Source: Dictyostelium discoideum
Taxonomy: Eukaryota
Assembly: GCA_000004695.1 (NCBI GenBank)
Contig: CM000150.2
Location: 3,680,001 to 3,744,000, forward strand
Reading direction: 5' to 3'
DNA: 64,000 bases
Positions 39,484-55,939 of the stretch are shown here, piece after piece. Made by a program: the position numbers and the translations under genes. Every line of letters starts with the position of its first letter. Positions within the stretch are counted from its first letter, which is position 1. The notes under the pieces are model-generated. The model was not told where the DNA came from. It ran no database searches and worked only from the letters and a program-made list of their open reading frames with translations.

Positions 39484-42400
39484 ATGAAAAATCTATATTC
39501 ATTTGTAGTTTTGGCGTTATTAGTGTTGTTTATGGGAGGTATGCATTGGTTTATAATATTCTTTGATTATTTTTATTAATAATTTTGTAATTTTTTAATT
39601 TTAATTTTTTAATATTTTCTTTAAAACAGATTCTAATTCTCAAGATCTTTATACCTTTGATTGGAATGCCCCAAGAGTGAATATAAATGGCCATCCTCAT
39701 TTTAAAGTAAATTATTATCCAGGAACTACAAATTCAAATTATAAAGGTGATTTTTATCCGGATTTAGAGTCAAATCCAACAATTAAGAAATATACGTTCT
39801 CTAATAACTGTACTTTAACTGCTTCAACAGATTATAGTACAGCAGGTTTGTTTACCACACCTATGAACACAGTTGATAATCCTTTTGGAACTATTACAGA
39901 TATCAACACAACCCTTATTGTCCCCTTTGGAGTTACTGTAACTTTTTCAGGAAGAGTTGAATTGATTCCATCTTTGTTAATTAAAGGTAGAGTTGTTCTT
40001 GAGCCAAGTGTTGCTAATTCTTATTATTTTGTTATGAAAACAATTATTTTCCCAACTGGTGTATTTGAATCAATTCCAATAGCAACTTCCAACCATACTG
40101 TATTTTTACAAGGTGCATACAGCACATCACCTTTTATATGGGATCCACTTTATACTTCTTCTTTTTTATGTCTTGGAGGTACTGTTTCTCTAAAAGGGTT
40201 TAATAGTGAATCGGTATGGACTGGTAGAAATAGTTCTTATTCATCATATGGTGGATCTTTCTTAAGAACACCCTTTATCTATAACAATACAGGAGCACCA
40301 ATTTTTAGAATGGCATCCACTGGAAGAGATTCAAGTAATAATAATAATTATGTGATAAACAATTATTATACTGGGTACAGAGCAGGGGGTTCAAATGGTT
40401 TTATATCTGATAGTGCATCATTCAATGGTGGAGGATATCTTCTTGTAAACCCATGGAATAAAAATCTTTGGATTAGTGGTTCTAAATTATCGTCGATGGT
40501 ATTCACATTAAACTCGAATGTTAATATCCAAAATTGTGTATTATTTGATTTAGGTCACACAAAAGGTGATATTTTGGATGATAACATTCTTGACTCAAAT
40601 AATATGGTAACCCACACCGGGACAAATTTACCAGATAGATACCCTATTACACTCCTACACAATACTAAAGCAGTTACCATCAGTAATAATTTCTTTCATC
40701 ATGGATTTACTTTTGGTGGAACTCAAGCCTCTATTCCAAGATCATTTATTGGTGTAAAACGTTCTTTTGGCACTATCTCGGGTAATGCGTTTGCATTGAA
40801 ATCTAGTATAAGTGGTATTTCTTTATTACATGGTACTGAACAATTTGAAATTAGTTATAATGCCTTCTTATCCGTATATTCTGATACAACAGATATATCA
40901 TCATATAGAGCATATCCTGATATAGATTATTTAAATGGTGGTATCATTACAACTTCACCTTACTCAACTTATGAAGGAAATGCATTTGAAGGTAATTTTA
41001 AAGGTGGTGCTTTTCAAGTAATCCCAATTCAAAGTAGATCATCTGCTACAGGTTTATCATCTGATATTTTAATTGGTGCATATGTTGGTTTAACACAAGA
41101 TAATACAGCTGATTATAAAACAAATAATGTTTGGAATAATGTTGAATATAAAAATAATTTTTTTGCTGGCGAAGCAGAATTTCGTTTTAGATATTCATTT
41201 ACAAGTCTACCAACAATTAAAGTAAATATGAAGTTTGGATGGTATATTGGTCAAAGAGTATCACAAAGACTTGGAACGACTGGTAATCAAGCAAACATTG
41301 AACTTTGCTATGATTCGCCATATATTGCAAGCACTCTATCTATTGGTGATAATTTCTATATTACTACTTCCAATTCACATAATGGAAAGTATAATGCTGT
41401 TTCAATGGTTAATTCGCTTGCAACTTCAACATATAAATACTTTGCAGAAACATTTACTTCAAATTACCTTTCAATCAAAGATTCCAAGTTTTCCCATTTT
41501 GCAGCATCACCCTCAACGTTCCTTAAAAATTATGCAACTCAATTATATTTTTCAAATGTGAATGGAACAAAGCTCAATATTGGATTTGCAATAAATTCAT
41601 TCCAACCTCTTTATAATTTATCACCAATTAGTACTGATGTTTCTTCAAACAGAATCAACGTATCATTTATTCCAAATTTCGACTTTTCATACTCTGATGG
41701 TCAAAAAGTTGATTATATTGTTGATGGAAATGTTCAATCTACATTAAGTTTTTCGTTGGATCCAAACAAAGCATTGAAATACAATGAAGTTCTATTTCCA
41801 AAAGCAAATGGTGTTTATTCAGTTTTGATTTCATCAGTTCAAAACATTCCAACATTTATCTCTCCATATGGGCCATATTTTGCAAACTCATACATAATAG
41901 ACTCGACTGCTATAAACTTTTATCTTGGTATCGATTTAACTTCAGATATTAGTTCATCAGCTACTGCTCTTTCAATTTTTGGTAATTCATGGACAAAATG
42001 TGGTTGGGTTAGCTCAATTTGTAAAACAACAGGCAAATTCAGTAAGGTATCTCCGACACCATCTACAGTAACTGAATCAGTTACTGGAGCGGTCAGAAGC
42101 ATAGCAAATGAAGTATCAATGCTAACTTCATATTTAGCTAATGATGATACATTAGGAATTAAAAGTTCAGTTAACATCACATTACCATCAGGTTCATCAT
42201 TCAAGTTTTTCATTTATTCATATAATGCGGATTACACTGGTGCTAATATCGTAAACTCCCTTCCATTATTCACAATCAAAATTAATGGTAAATATCAAGA
42301 ACCATATTCAAGACCTTCTTCAACCTACCAACAATACAAAAAGTATGGTCCATTCTTTTATAATACTGACTCAACTGATACCAAATTAATTATTGAATGG

Positions 42401-42655
42401 GCATCAGATAATATAAAATACTCAATACCAATTTGTGGTATTGAAATTTTCTCAAATATTTCATCACCTTTAGTTATTCCTACTCCAACACCATCATCAG
42501 GTGGTGCAGTCGAAACATCAAGTAAATCAACAACTTCAAGTGGTTCAACCGAAACCAATTACGATGAAGGCTTAAATGCAGCTTCATCTGTTTTATCTTC
42601 AAAAACATTATTTTATTTAATCTTTTTTTATTTTATTATTTATTTTTTTCTCTAA
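39484..42655 (+). CDS. gdt-like extracellular-domain paralog B, kinase-less, probably GPI-anchored; join(39484..39538,39630..42655)
   Basis: Exon 1 MKNLYSFVVLALLVLFMG (signal peptide), donor GTATGC (39539). A 91-nt intron ends AAACAG (39628..39629). The 1009-aa exon 2 (ORF residues 17-992) is paralogous to the extracellular parts of the genes at 33353-38689 and 43386-47938 (for example FLCLGGTVSLKG vs [12 protein letters not shown]). It ends with a Ser-rich stretch and a hydrophobic C-terminal tail (...SKTLFYLIFFYFIIYFFL*) typical of a GPI signal. No TM-plus-kinase follows. Confidence 0.65.
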
Positions 42656-43385
42656 TTGTTTAATAAATTAAAAATTTTTTATTCTCTTGATTTTTAGAAT
42701 ACTAAATAATTTGTATCCGCCTTATCTTTTTCAGTTTGCCGCAGGCGTAATATAAATGACTTAATAATAATAAGAATAGTAATCAACCAACCACTTTTTC
42801 TAAATAAAAAATTATATTTTTTTTTTTAATCATATTAATTAAATAATTACTTGGGGTGGCAAACCCACCAATGCTGAAATTTTTACATACAAACCTCAGA
42901 AAAGAATATTATGTGACAAGAGAAAAATTTTTAATGAGCGGGCAAGTGTAAATACAGATTTTTTTATTTTTTTTTATTTTTTTTTTATTTTTTTATTTTT
43001 TACAGTTGGGGTGTTAAATTAAATTCCAAAAAAAAAAAAAAATAAAAAACGAAAAAAAAAAAAGAAATATCTTTATCAAAAAATTTTTTTTTATTTTTAT
43101 TTTTATTTTTTTTTCGTTTTTTATTTTTTATTTTTTTTTATTATTTCTTTATTTTTATTATTTCTTTATTTTTTTTATTTAAAATTTTGCCAAAACAAAG
43201 CAAACATACAGTTTGCTAATTTTATTTGGCTTTTTTTCTTCACAACATGAGTTAACAAAATTAATTCTGGTGCGATCAAATTAATCGACACTTAATAAAA
43301 TTTATTTATTTAATTTTAAAAATCTTTATTTGTTTTTATTATTTATTATTATTTTTTTTTTGTTATTTTTAATTTTATTTATCTA

Positions 43386-47938
<4,553 letters not shown>

Positions 47939-48341
47939 TATTTTAAAATTTATAAATGTGGTATAACAAAAACACACATCCAAAAGGTTTGTTAGGATTT
48001 GTAGGATTTGATGGAAAAAAAAAAAAAAAAAAAAAAATGATAAAAAAAAAGAAAAAAAAAGAAAAAAAAAAATTAAAAAAAAAAATTGAAAAAAAAGAAA
48101 AAAAAAAAAATCAATTTTTTTAGAATCTTTGTGATTGAATCCTGAAAAAAAAAAAAAAATAAAAAAAAAAAAATGTGATTAAATCAAAATAAAAAAAAAA
48201 AAATTAAAAATAAAATTAACAAAAAAAAAAAAAAAAAAATTTAATTTGTGTGATAAAATATTTATGTCGAAATTTTTTTTGGTTGTGAAATTACTAACAA
48301 AAAGGATATTTTTTTTTTTTTTTTTTATTTTTTAATAAAAA

Positions 48342-48940
48342 TAGATTTTATTTTTATTTTGATTGAATCCAATTTGATAAATCTTGATTAAAAGCTTTGA
48401 ACCAATTTGAATTAATTGTAACCATTTCTAAATCTTGTTTAATTGAACGATCAGCAATTGGAACTGGATGATCTTTGAAAAAGTTGACGACTTCATTGTA
48501 TTGAGAATCATCCATTTTAGAGGTGAGACAACTACCAATGATACGACCAAACAAAGGAGAGTTATTAAAGGTTTCATCGATTTGATTAAAGTTTTTGGTA
48601 AAGTAAGCCCAAGCGAATTGACGAACACGATTTGGAAGGGTAAAGAAAACCATATAACTATCTTGACTTCTAACGGATGGAGATAAAGCGAAATTGAGGG
48701 CTTTTTCAACCAATTCCTCTTTTGGAGCCAAAGCAAGTACCAAAAGGTAAGAATTCTTTTCAGCAACTAAAGAAGATTTAAGATATTGATCAATGATGAT
48801 TTGTTGATCAGCTTCACCACCATTCTTTACGATTGTAGCAAGTACTGTAGAACGAATATCTGATGGTAAACTTGAAGAGTCTGCTTTGAAAGCTTCGAAT
48901 CTTTTCTTACATTCAGCAACGATCTGAACTAATTTGACTC
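48342..48940 (-). pseudogene. inverted, truncated duplicate of the 3' end (last 195 codons plus 12 nt of 3' UTR) of the M1 aminopeptidase gene at 51170-54083
   Basis: The minus strand 48940..48342 is about 97% identical at nucleotide level to plus strand 53505..54100. The encoded 129-aa tail differs at 3 residues (F/L, D/N, N/K). Similarity breaks off sharply on both sides, and an in-frame TAG lies 20 nt upstream of the homology. There is no start codon and no upstream exons. Confidence 0.75.
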
Positions 48941-50340
48941 TCTAAATTATCAATTTCTTGTCTCTTTATTGAAAATTGATAAAATATATTTGAATGTGGT
49001 TGTTCTTGAATTAATTGATTTGATATTTTATATTTTTCATCTACATCTTCTGTGAATATAATTCAATTTCTAAATTATCTCTTAAAATTTTATTAACATC
49101 TATAATCTATTATCACTACTACCTTGACTATTACTATTAACACCACCACTACTACTACTACTATTTATAATAATTAAAAAAATTATTAAAATTGAATATA
49201 TAAATAATTATTAAATATTATCATATTTTATATATATATATATTTATATAAAATTTTTATATGACTTTTTTTTTTTTTAAAAAAATTATTTTTTTAATTT
49301 TATTATTTTAATCTATTATTATTATTTTACTATTTTATTTTTGTATATACACAATAATATTATTAATTGTATAAATATTATATGTATTTTAAAAAAAAAA
49401 AAAAAAAAAATGAAATAGAAAAAATATAAAAGTATAACCCCCTTAAAATTTAGAATTTTTATTTTTTTAATTTTTTTTTTTTTTTATTTTTTTAATATAG
49501 ACAATCAAAAAGAAAACTAGAAATATTATAAACTACAACAATATCCTACAAAATCAATAATAATATCATAATAATCAACATTAACAATCAATTGGTTGAT
49601 ATTATTCATATTTAAAATAGGGGTTAAATAAATAAAAAAAAATTATATGGACATGTTGTGTTGGTGAGTTATCGTATGAACATGGGTGCTTGCGACCGCC
49701 AAGACTAAAGGATAAAAAAAGAATTTTATTCGGGTCATAATAAAAAGTGGTATTTAACACTGTTTTGGTATATCGTAAATAGCTTTGTGGTTCACAAAAA
49801 TTATAACAAATATAGCCTATCCTGTAGAGAATTTCGTAAAACTATTTTGGAAGATTTGAATGGTCACCAAACCCTTGGGGCGTACTTTCTAAGTTCAACT
49901 TTTTCAATTTTTTCTACTTTTTTTCAGATTTTTCAAAGAAAAAATAATGAAAAAAATTAATAAATATAAATAATATTCATTTTAATTACCAAACAATCTA
50001 ATTATTATTTTTATTTGTAGTTTTTAAAAAAAAAACCGTTAAAAAACTTTTCTGATTTTTTCCTATTTTCGATAAATATTTCTTTAAAAAAGATATTATT
50101 ATTTATGTTAATTGGGGTGTTAAATATTTCTTTAAAAATTTTTTTTTTGAAGTTGTGTTTTTTTAATTAAATAAATAAATTCATAATTATTTCCTTCTAT
50201 TCATAAAAAAAAATTGTAATTGATTATATGAATTGATCGATTTCCTTTTATTAATAAAAAAAACTCATAATTATCTACTTCTATTAATAAAAAAAAAAAA
50301 TAAATTCATAATTATTTCCTTCTTTTAATATAAAAAATGG

Positions 50341-50960
50341 TAAACTCTTGACCAACAAAAAAGCAAAAGACTCGACCAAATTTAATGTTGTATTCTCTTG
50401 GATTAGAACCTGTATAGATAACTTATTATATTTAATTAATGAAAATGAAGAACTTAAAGAAAAACGTACTAAAGATAAACATATAATTTGGGTAGGTGTT
50501 TAATATTAAATTAATAACATTATTTTTTTTTATTTTTTTTTGTGTTAGACTCTCTTATATTGGAAACAATATCTTCCAATTAATGAGATATGTGTTACTT
50601 TTGGTATTAGTCCAAAAACATTTCAAAATCACTATAGTCAAACCATTGAGTTGTATGCAAGGAAATAATGGAAAGAGATATGATAAACTTGTTGGATCAG
50701 TTAGTTTTTTAAAACATCCTATATCTAATGTGCTTTATCGTGCAATTGCTGCTGACTCTACATCTATTGATATTGAAACTCCCGCTGATTACCAAATCCA
50801 AAAAAAATACTATTCTGGTAAAAGCAAAAGTCATGTGGTCAAATTATTCGTAAACATGATAGTTTTCCAATCTTGGGTAATTATTTTAAATAACCTCGCT
50901 ACCTCTTACTTTAATACTTTGTTATTTTATTATTATTATTATTTTTTTTTTTTTATTATT
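50341..50960 (+). mobile_element. relic of a Harbinger/PIF-type (DDE_Tnp_4) transposase gene, spliced but frameshifted and truncated
   Basis: Exon-like block 50348..50491 (...KDSTKFNVVFSWIRTCIDNLLYLINENEELKEKRTKDKHIIW, donor GTAGGT). A 57-nt intron ends TGTGTTAG (50547..50548). Block 50549..50668 TLLYWKQYLPINEICVTFGISPKTFQNHYSQTIELYARK* has an HTH resembling the Harbinger N-terminal HTH. After a +1 shift, 50655..50950 reads RYDKLVGSVSFLKHPISNVLYRAIAADSTSIDIETPADYQIQKKYYSGKSKSHVVKLFVNMIVF, which matches the Harbinger core (...N(V/C)(I/L)GAIDGTHI.I..P.......(Y)YSGKKK.HT(I/L)K.Q(V)V.D) with D-to-N substitutions. There is no initiating ATG and no second Asp / Glu region. Confidence 0.45.
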
Positions 50961-51169
50961 ATAATAATTATATATTATTGGTATTTTTTATTTATAAAAA
51001 TTAAAATCTGGGCAATAAAAAAAAAAAATAAAAAAAAAAAATAAAATAAATAAAAAAAAATAAAAAAATTTTTATTTTTTTTTTTGTGATCATCAATTTA
51101 ATTTGTTTTAATTTATTTTATTTTTTTTAATTTTTTTTTTTTTAATTTTTTTTTTTTTAATTTTTTAAA

Positions 51170-52170
51170 ATGAAAAAAATAAATTTAATTTCGATTATTA
51201 TTTTTATAATTTCACTTGTTTATTTTAATTTTATACATATAAATAATAATATAGTTGAAAAAATGTGTGATCATAAACATTTAGTTGACAAAGTAGATAG
51301 ATTAGTATTACCAGATAATATCGTACCAAGTAAATACGATTTACATCTTAGACCAAATTTAAAGGATTTTGTATTCAGCGGCAAAGTTGACATTACAATC
51401 AATATTGTTAAACCAACCAAAAAAATCATTATCCATTCAATTGACATTGAAATTCAATCAGTAAAGATCTTAAATCAACAAGCTACTTCCGTTACCTACT
51501 ATGAACCAGAAGAAGTTGCAATTTTAGAATTCCAAGATGAATTACCAGTTACAGAAAATACAATTCTCTCCATTGATTTCACTGGTATTTTAAATGACAA
51601 ATTAAAAGGTTTCTATCGTTCAAAATATGTTGTCAATGGTGAAGATCGTTATATTGGTACCACTCAATTCGAAGCCACTGATGCTCGTCGTGCTTTCCCA
51701 TGTTTTGATGAACCTGCTTTAAAATCTTTCTTTAATATTAAAATCACTATTTCATCTCATTTAACTGCTCTTTCAAATATGGATACAACTTCTGTAATTG
51801 AAAATAATGATGGTACTAAAACCTTTATGTAAGTGTATTATATATATTATATTGAGAAAAAAAAAAAAAAAAAAGTACTAATTTTTTTTTTTTTCTTTAT
51901 TTTTTTTTTTAAAATTAAAAGTTTTGAACAAACTCCAAAGATGAGTACTTATATTGTTGCATTTATAGTTGGTGAATTCGATCATATTGAGTCACATACT
52001 AAAGAAGGTATTAGAGTTAGAGTTTACAAATGTGTTGGTAATAAAGAATCAAGTGAATTTGCTTTAGATGTTGCCACCAAATCATTATCTTATTTCATTG
52101 ATTACTTTGGTATTCCATATCCATTAAATAAATGTGATCACATTGCCATTCCAGTACGTATTTTTTATTA

Positions 52171-52229
<59 letters not shown>

Positions 52230-54083
52230 TAATCATATTCTTCTTAATAATAATATGTTAATTCCTTTAATAATATATAATGATACCATTACCAATCACC
52301 ATCACCATAGGACTTCTCCTTTGGAGCTATGGAAAACTGGGGTTTAATTACTTATCGTGAATCAATTTTATTAACATCAGATAAAACTACTCTTCGTACT
52401 AAACAAAGAATTGCTAATGTAATTGGTCATGAATTAGCACATCAATGGTTTGGTAATTTAGTAACAATGGAATGGTGGAGTCAATTATGGTTAAATGAAG
52501 GTTTTGCAACATTTATGGGATATTTATCAACTCATCATTTATTCCCAGAATGGGAAGTTTGGAATGATTTCTCTGATTGTTATAGAAATGGTGCACTTCG
52601 TTTAGATGCTTTAGAGAATTCACATGCAATTGAAGTACCAGTACGTCTTTCGTCTCAAATTTCAGAAATTTTTGATGCCATTTCTTATAACAAAGGTTCA
52701 TGTGTAATTCAAATGTTAGAGAGTCGTTTCGGTGAATCATTTAGAAAAGGTCTTCATCATTATTTGGATACTCATTCCTATAAGAATACCAATACCGATG
52801 ATCTTTGGGCTTCAATTTCATTGATTAGTGGTGTTGATGTTAAATCATTCATTGATTCATTCACAAAGTATCCAGGTTATCCAGTAGTTTCATTCACTCC
52901 AACTTCAACTGAAGGTACCTTTGAATTATCTCAAAAGAAATTTAGATTACAAGGTTCTGAGAAATCTGATGATCCAATTTGGAATTGTTTCATTAGATTC
53001 CAAACTGGTAATGCTGGTCAACATGAATTCATCTTGGAGAAGAAATCCGATACCGTAACAATTCCAAACTTTAAAAATGGTGATTGGATTAAACCAAACT
53101 ATGGTCAAACTGGTTATTTCCGTATTGCCTACTCACCTGAAACTATCAAAGCATTGGTTCCAAAGATTAAATCAATGGAAATTCCAACTCCAGATCGTTT
53201 AGGTTTATTATCAGATGTTTTCAATCTTTGCAAGGCACACACTTCTTCCATCTCTGCCTATATGGATTTAGTTTTGGCTTTTGAAGATGAAAAGGAAAGT
53301 AATGTTTGGGATTTCATTATCGATAGTCTTGGTTCTATTCAAACTTTAATTGAAGATCAACCATACTCAAGTAGATTCAATGAAATCTTTGTTCAACTTT
53401 TGAAACCACTTTCAAAACGTTTAGGTTTCGAGCCAACCAAAGGTGAACCATCTTCAGATACCTTGTTAAGAGATAAAGTAAACACTAAATTGGGTATGTT
53501 GGGTGATGCTGATATCGTTGCTGAATGTAAGAAAAGATTCGAAGCTTTCAAAGCAGACTCTTCAAGTTTACCATCAGATATTCGTTCTACAGTACTTGCT
53601 ACAATCGTAAAGAATGGTGGTGAAGCTGATCAACAAATCATCATTGATCAATATCTTAAATCTTCTTTAGTCGCTGAAAAGAATTCTTACCTTTTGGTAC
53701 TTGCTTTGGCTCCAAAAGAGGAATTGGTTGAAAAAGCCCTCAATTTCGCTTTATCTCCATCCGTTAGAAGTCAAGATAGTTATATGGTTTTCTTTACCCT
53801 CCCAAATCGTGTTCGTCAATTCGCTTGGGCTTACCTCACCAAAAACTTTAATCAAATCAACGAAACATTTAAAAACTCTCCTTTGTTTGGTCGTATCATT
53901 GGTAGTTGTCTCACCTCTAAAATGGATGATTCTCAATACAATGAAGTCGTCAACTTTTTCAAAGATCATCCAGTTCCAATTGCTGATCGTTCAATTAAAC
54001 AAGATTTAGAAATGGTTACAATTAATTCAAATTGGTTCAAAGCTTTTAATCAAGATTTATCAAATTGGATTCAATCAAAATAA
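51170..54083 (+). CDS. M1-family zinc aminopeptidase, puromycin-sensitive aminopeptidase (NPEPPS)-like; join(51170..51828,51922..52153,52311..54083)
   Basis: Donors GTAAGT (51829) and GTACGT (52154). Acceptors AAAAG (51920..51921) and CCATAG (52309..52310). Phases 2 and 0. Exon junctions restore FEQTPKMSTYIVAFIVGEFDHIE and HIAIP|DFSFGAMENWGLITYRE (GAMEN exopeptidase motif). HELAHQWFGNLVTMEWWSQLWLNEGFA is the HEXXH(X)18E zinc site. The protein is colinear with human NPEPPS to the C-terminus. The N-terminus MKKINLISIIIFIISLVYFNF is hydrophobic. Confidence 0.85.
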
Positions 54084-54306
54084 AAATAAAATCTCTTACA
54101 ATGAAAGATCTTTGTTTTAATAATTGATAGTGATAAAAAAAAATGAGACGAAAACTAAAATAAACATCAAATTATTGTTTTCCTTTTTAAAACACAAATT
54201 TTATTTTTTTAAATTTATTGTTTTGGTTAAAAAAAAAATTGCTTTTTTTTTTTGTTTTTGCGTTCATCCAGAAGTATAGATTTATTTTTGGTAACATATG
54301 AATGTA

Positions 54307-54341
<35 letters not shown>

Positions 54342-54476
54342 TTATTCATTTATAAAAAAAAAAAAAATAATATTTAAAAAATGAAAAATTTTATGTTTTT
54401 TTTTTTTTTTGTGCAACAATTCTGTTTTTTAGGACTTGTTTCGTTAAATTAAAAAATAATATAAAAAAATTAGAAA

Positions 54477-54926
54477 ATGAGTGAAAATAATAAAAATAAT
54501 AATGATAATGTAAAACCATTAAATGAAATGACAAAAGAGGAAAGAACCAATTATAGTTTAAGAAGAGCACCTGATTATCATGGTAAAGAGGAAAGTGTTT
54601 TAAATAGCTCAAGAACTAAATGTTGGGAAGCAAGAGATAAATATTTTAAATGTTTAGATGATAATAAAGAAGATGATTCAAAATGTAAAGCATTTTATAA
54701 TGAATTAAATAATTCATGTTTAAAGAGTTGGGTAAGAATTTTTTTCAATTTTTAAAATATAAAAAGTTAATCTTTTTATTAAAATAAATAAATCTCAAAA
54801 TCAATTACTAATCTTTTTTTTTTTTTTCTTTTTTTTTGTATCAATACAAAATAACAGAGCGAATATTTTATTAAAAAAAGAATATCAGATAAAAATAAAG
54901 AAGCATTTTTAAATAGAAAAGATTAA
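54477..54926 (+). CDS. coa6: cytochrome c oxidase assembly factor 6 (COA6) homolog, twin CX9C/CX10C protein; join(54477..54731,54858..54926)
   Basis: Exon 1 ...KCWEARDKYFKCLDDNKEDDSKCKAFYNELNNSCLKSW at donor GTAAGA (54732). A 126-nt intron ends AACAG (54856..54857). Exon 2 SEYFIKKRISDKNKEAFLNRKD*. The whole is colinear with human COA6 (CWGARDEYWKCLDEN.EDASQCKKLRSSFESSCPQQWIKYFDKRRDYLKF). Confidence 0.7.
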
Positions 54927-55333
54927 ATATAAAAAAGTATAATATAATATAATATAAAATAAAAAAAAAAAAAAGATCAACCACAACTTTTAGTGGTTTT
55001 TAAACATGTAATTATTTCAAAAATTTATTTATTTATTTATTTATTTATTCTTTTTTTTATTTATTAAGTTGAATTTGTAATTTAGGTTATTTTGAATAAA
55101 ATTATTATAAAGTTTCAAGTTTACAAATGTATATTTGTGATATATAATAGATTATGTTTTTTAAATTGATCAATCCAGATTTTAATTTTTGGGGGTATGA
55201 TTTTTGGGAGGGGGGTATTTTTTTTTTCGAAAAAGATATTATTTTTTTTTTTTAATCAAATTTATTATTATAATAATTATTAATTAAAATTTTTAAATAA
55301 TAATTTATAATTATAATTTTTTTTTTAATTAAT

Positions 55334-55939
55334 TTACATTATTATACAATTTTTTTTAAATTTTTTATTATTTTTCTTTTTTTCTTTTGATTGACATTTT
55401 TGATGAGCTTCACAAGCGTCAATTGCTTTTTCAAATACTAAATGTAAATTCTTTTGTGTTAGTGCACTACATTCCACAAAATCAAATGCATTAATTTTCT
55501 TTGAAAGTTCAATACCTTGTTGAGTTGAAATTGGTAATTGTTTTTTTTCACATAGTCTATCCAGTATAACTGAATTTGATTTTAAATCCATTTGAGTACC
55601 AACTAAAACTATTGGAGTATTTGGACAATTTTCATTTAATTCTTGTACCCATGAATCTAAAATATTTGAAAATGATGATGGATTTATAAGTGAAAAACAT
55701 AATAAAAATACATCAGTTTGAGGATAACTTAACCTTCTTAATTTACTAAACTCTTCTTGACCTGCAGTATCCCACAATGATAAATTATATGGTTTTTTAT
55801 TATGCATTAATAAAGTTGAATAGTTATCAAATACTGTTGGTTGATATTCATTTGAAATTGAATTTGATGTATAACTTAATAACATTGATGTTTTACCAAT
55901 TCCACCTTCGCCAACAACACAAACTTTAATACTTTTCAT
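55334..55939 (-). CDS. Rho/Rac-family small GTPase with atypical P-loop, CAAX box CIIM
   Basis: ORF of 201 aa. G1 [13 protein letters not shown] (canonical GDGAVGKT), Rho-type effector region [11 protein letters not shown]3 [10 protein letters not shown]4 LVGTQMDL, G5 ECSALT, polybasic [13 protein letters not shown] before CIIM. Confidence 0.8.

Noticed and set aside
48428-48766. 112-aa ORF and its twin at 53701..54009
   Set aside because: The same sequence in both aminopeptidase copies, read in a non-aminopeptidase frame. The real frame has strong homology (GAMEN/HEXXH protein), so these are alternative-frame artefacts.
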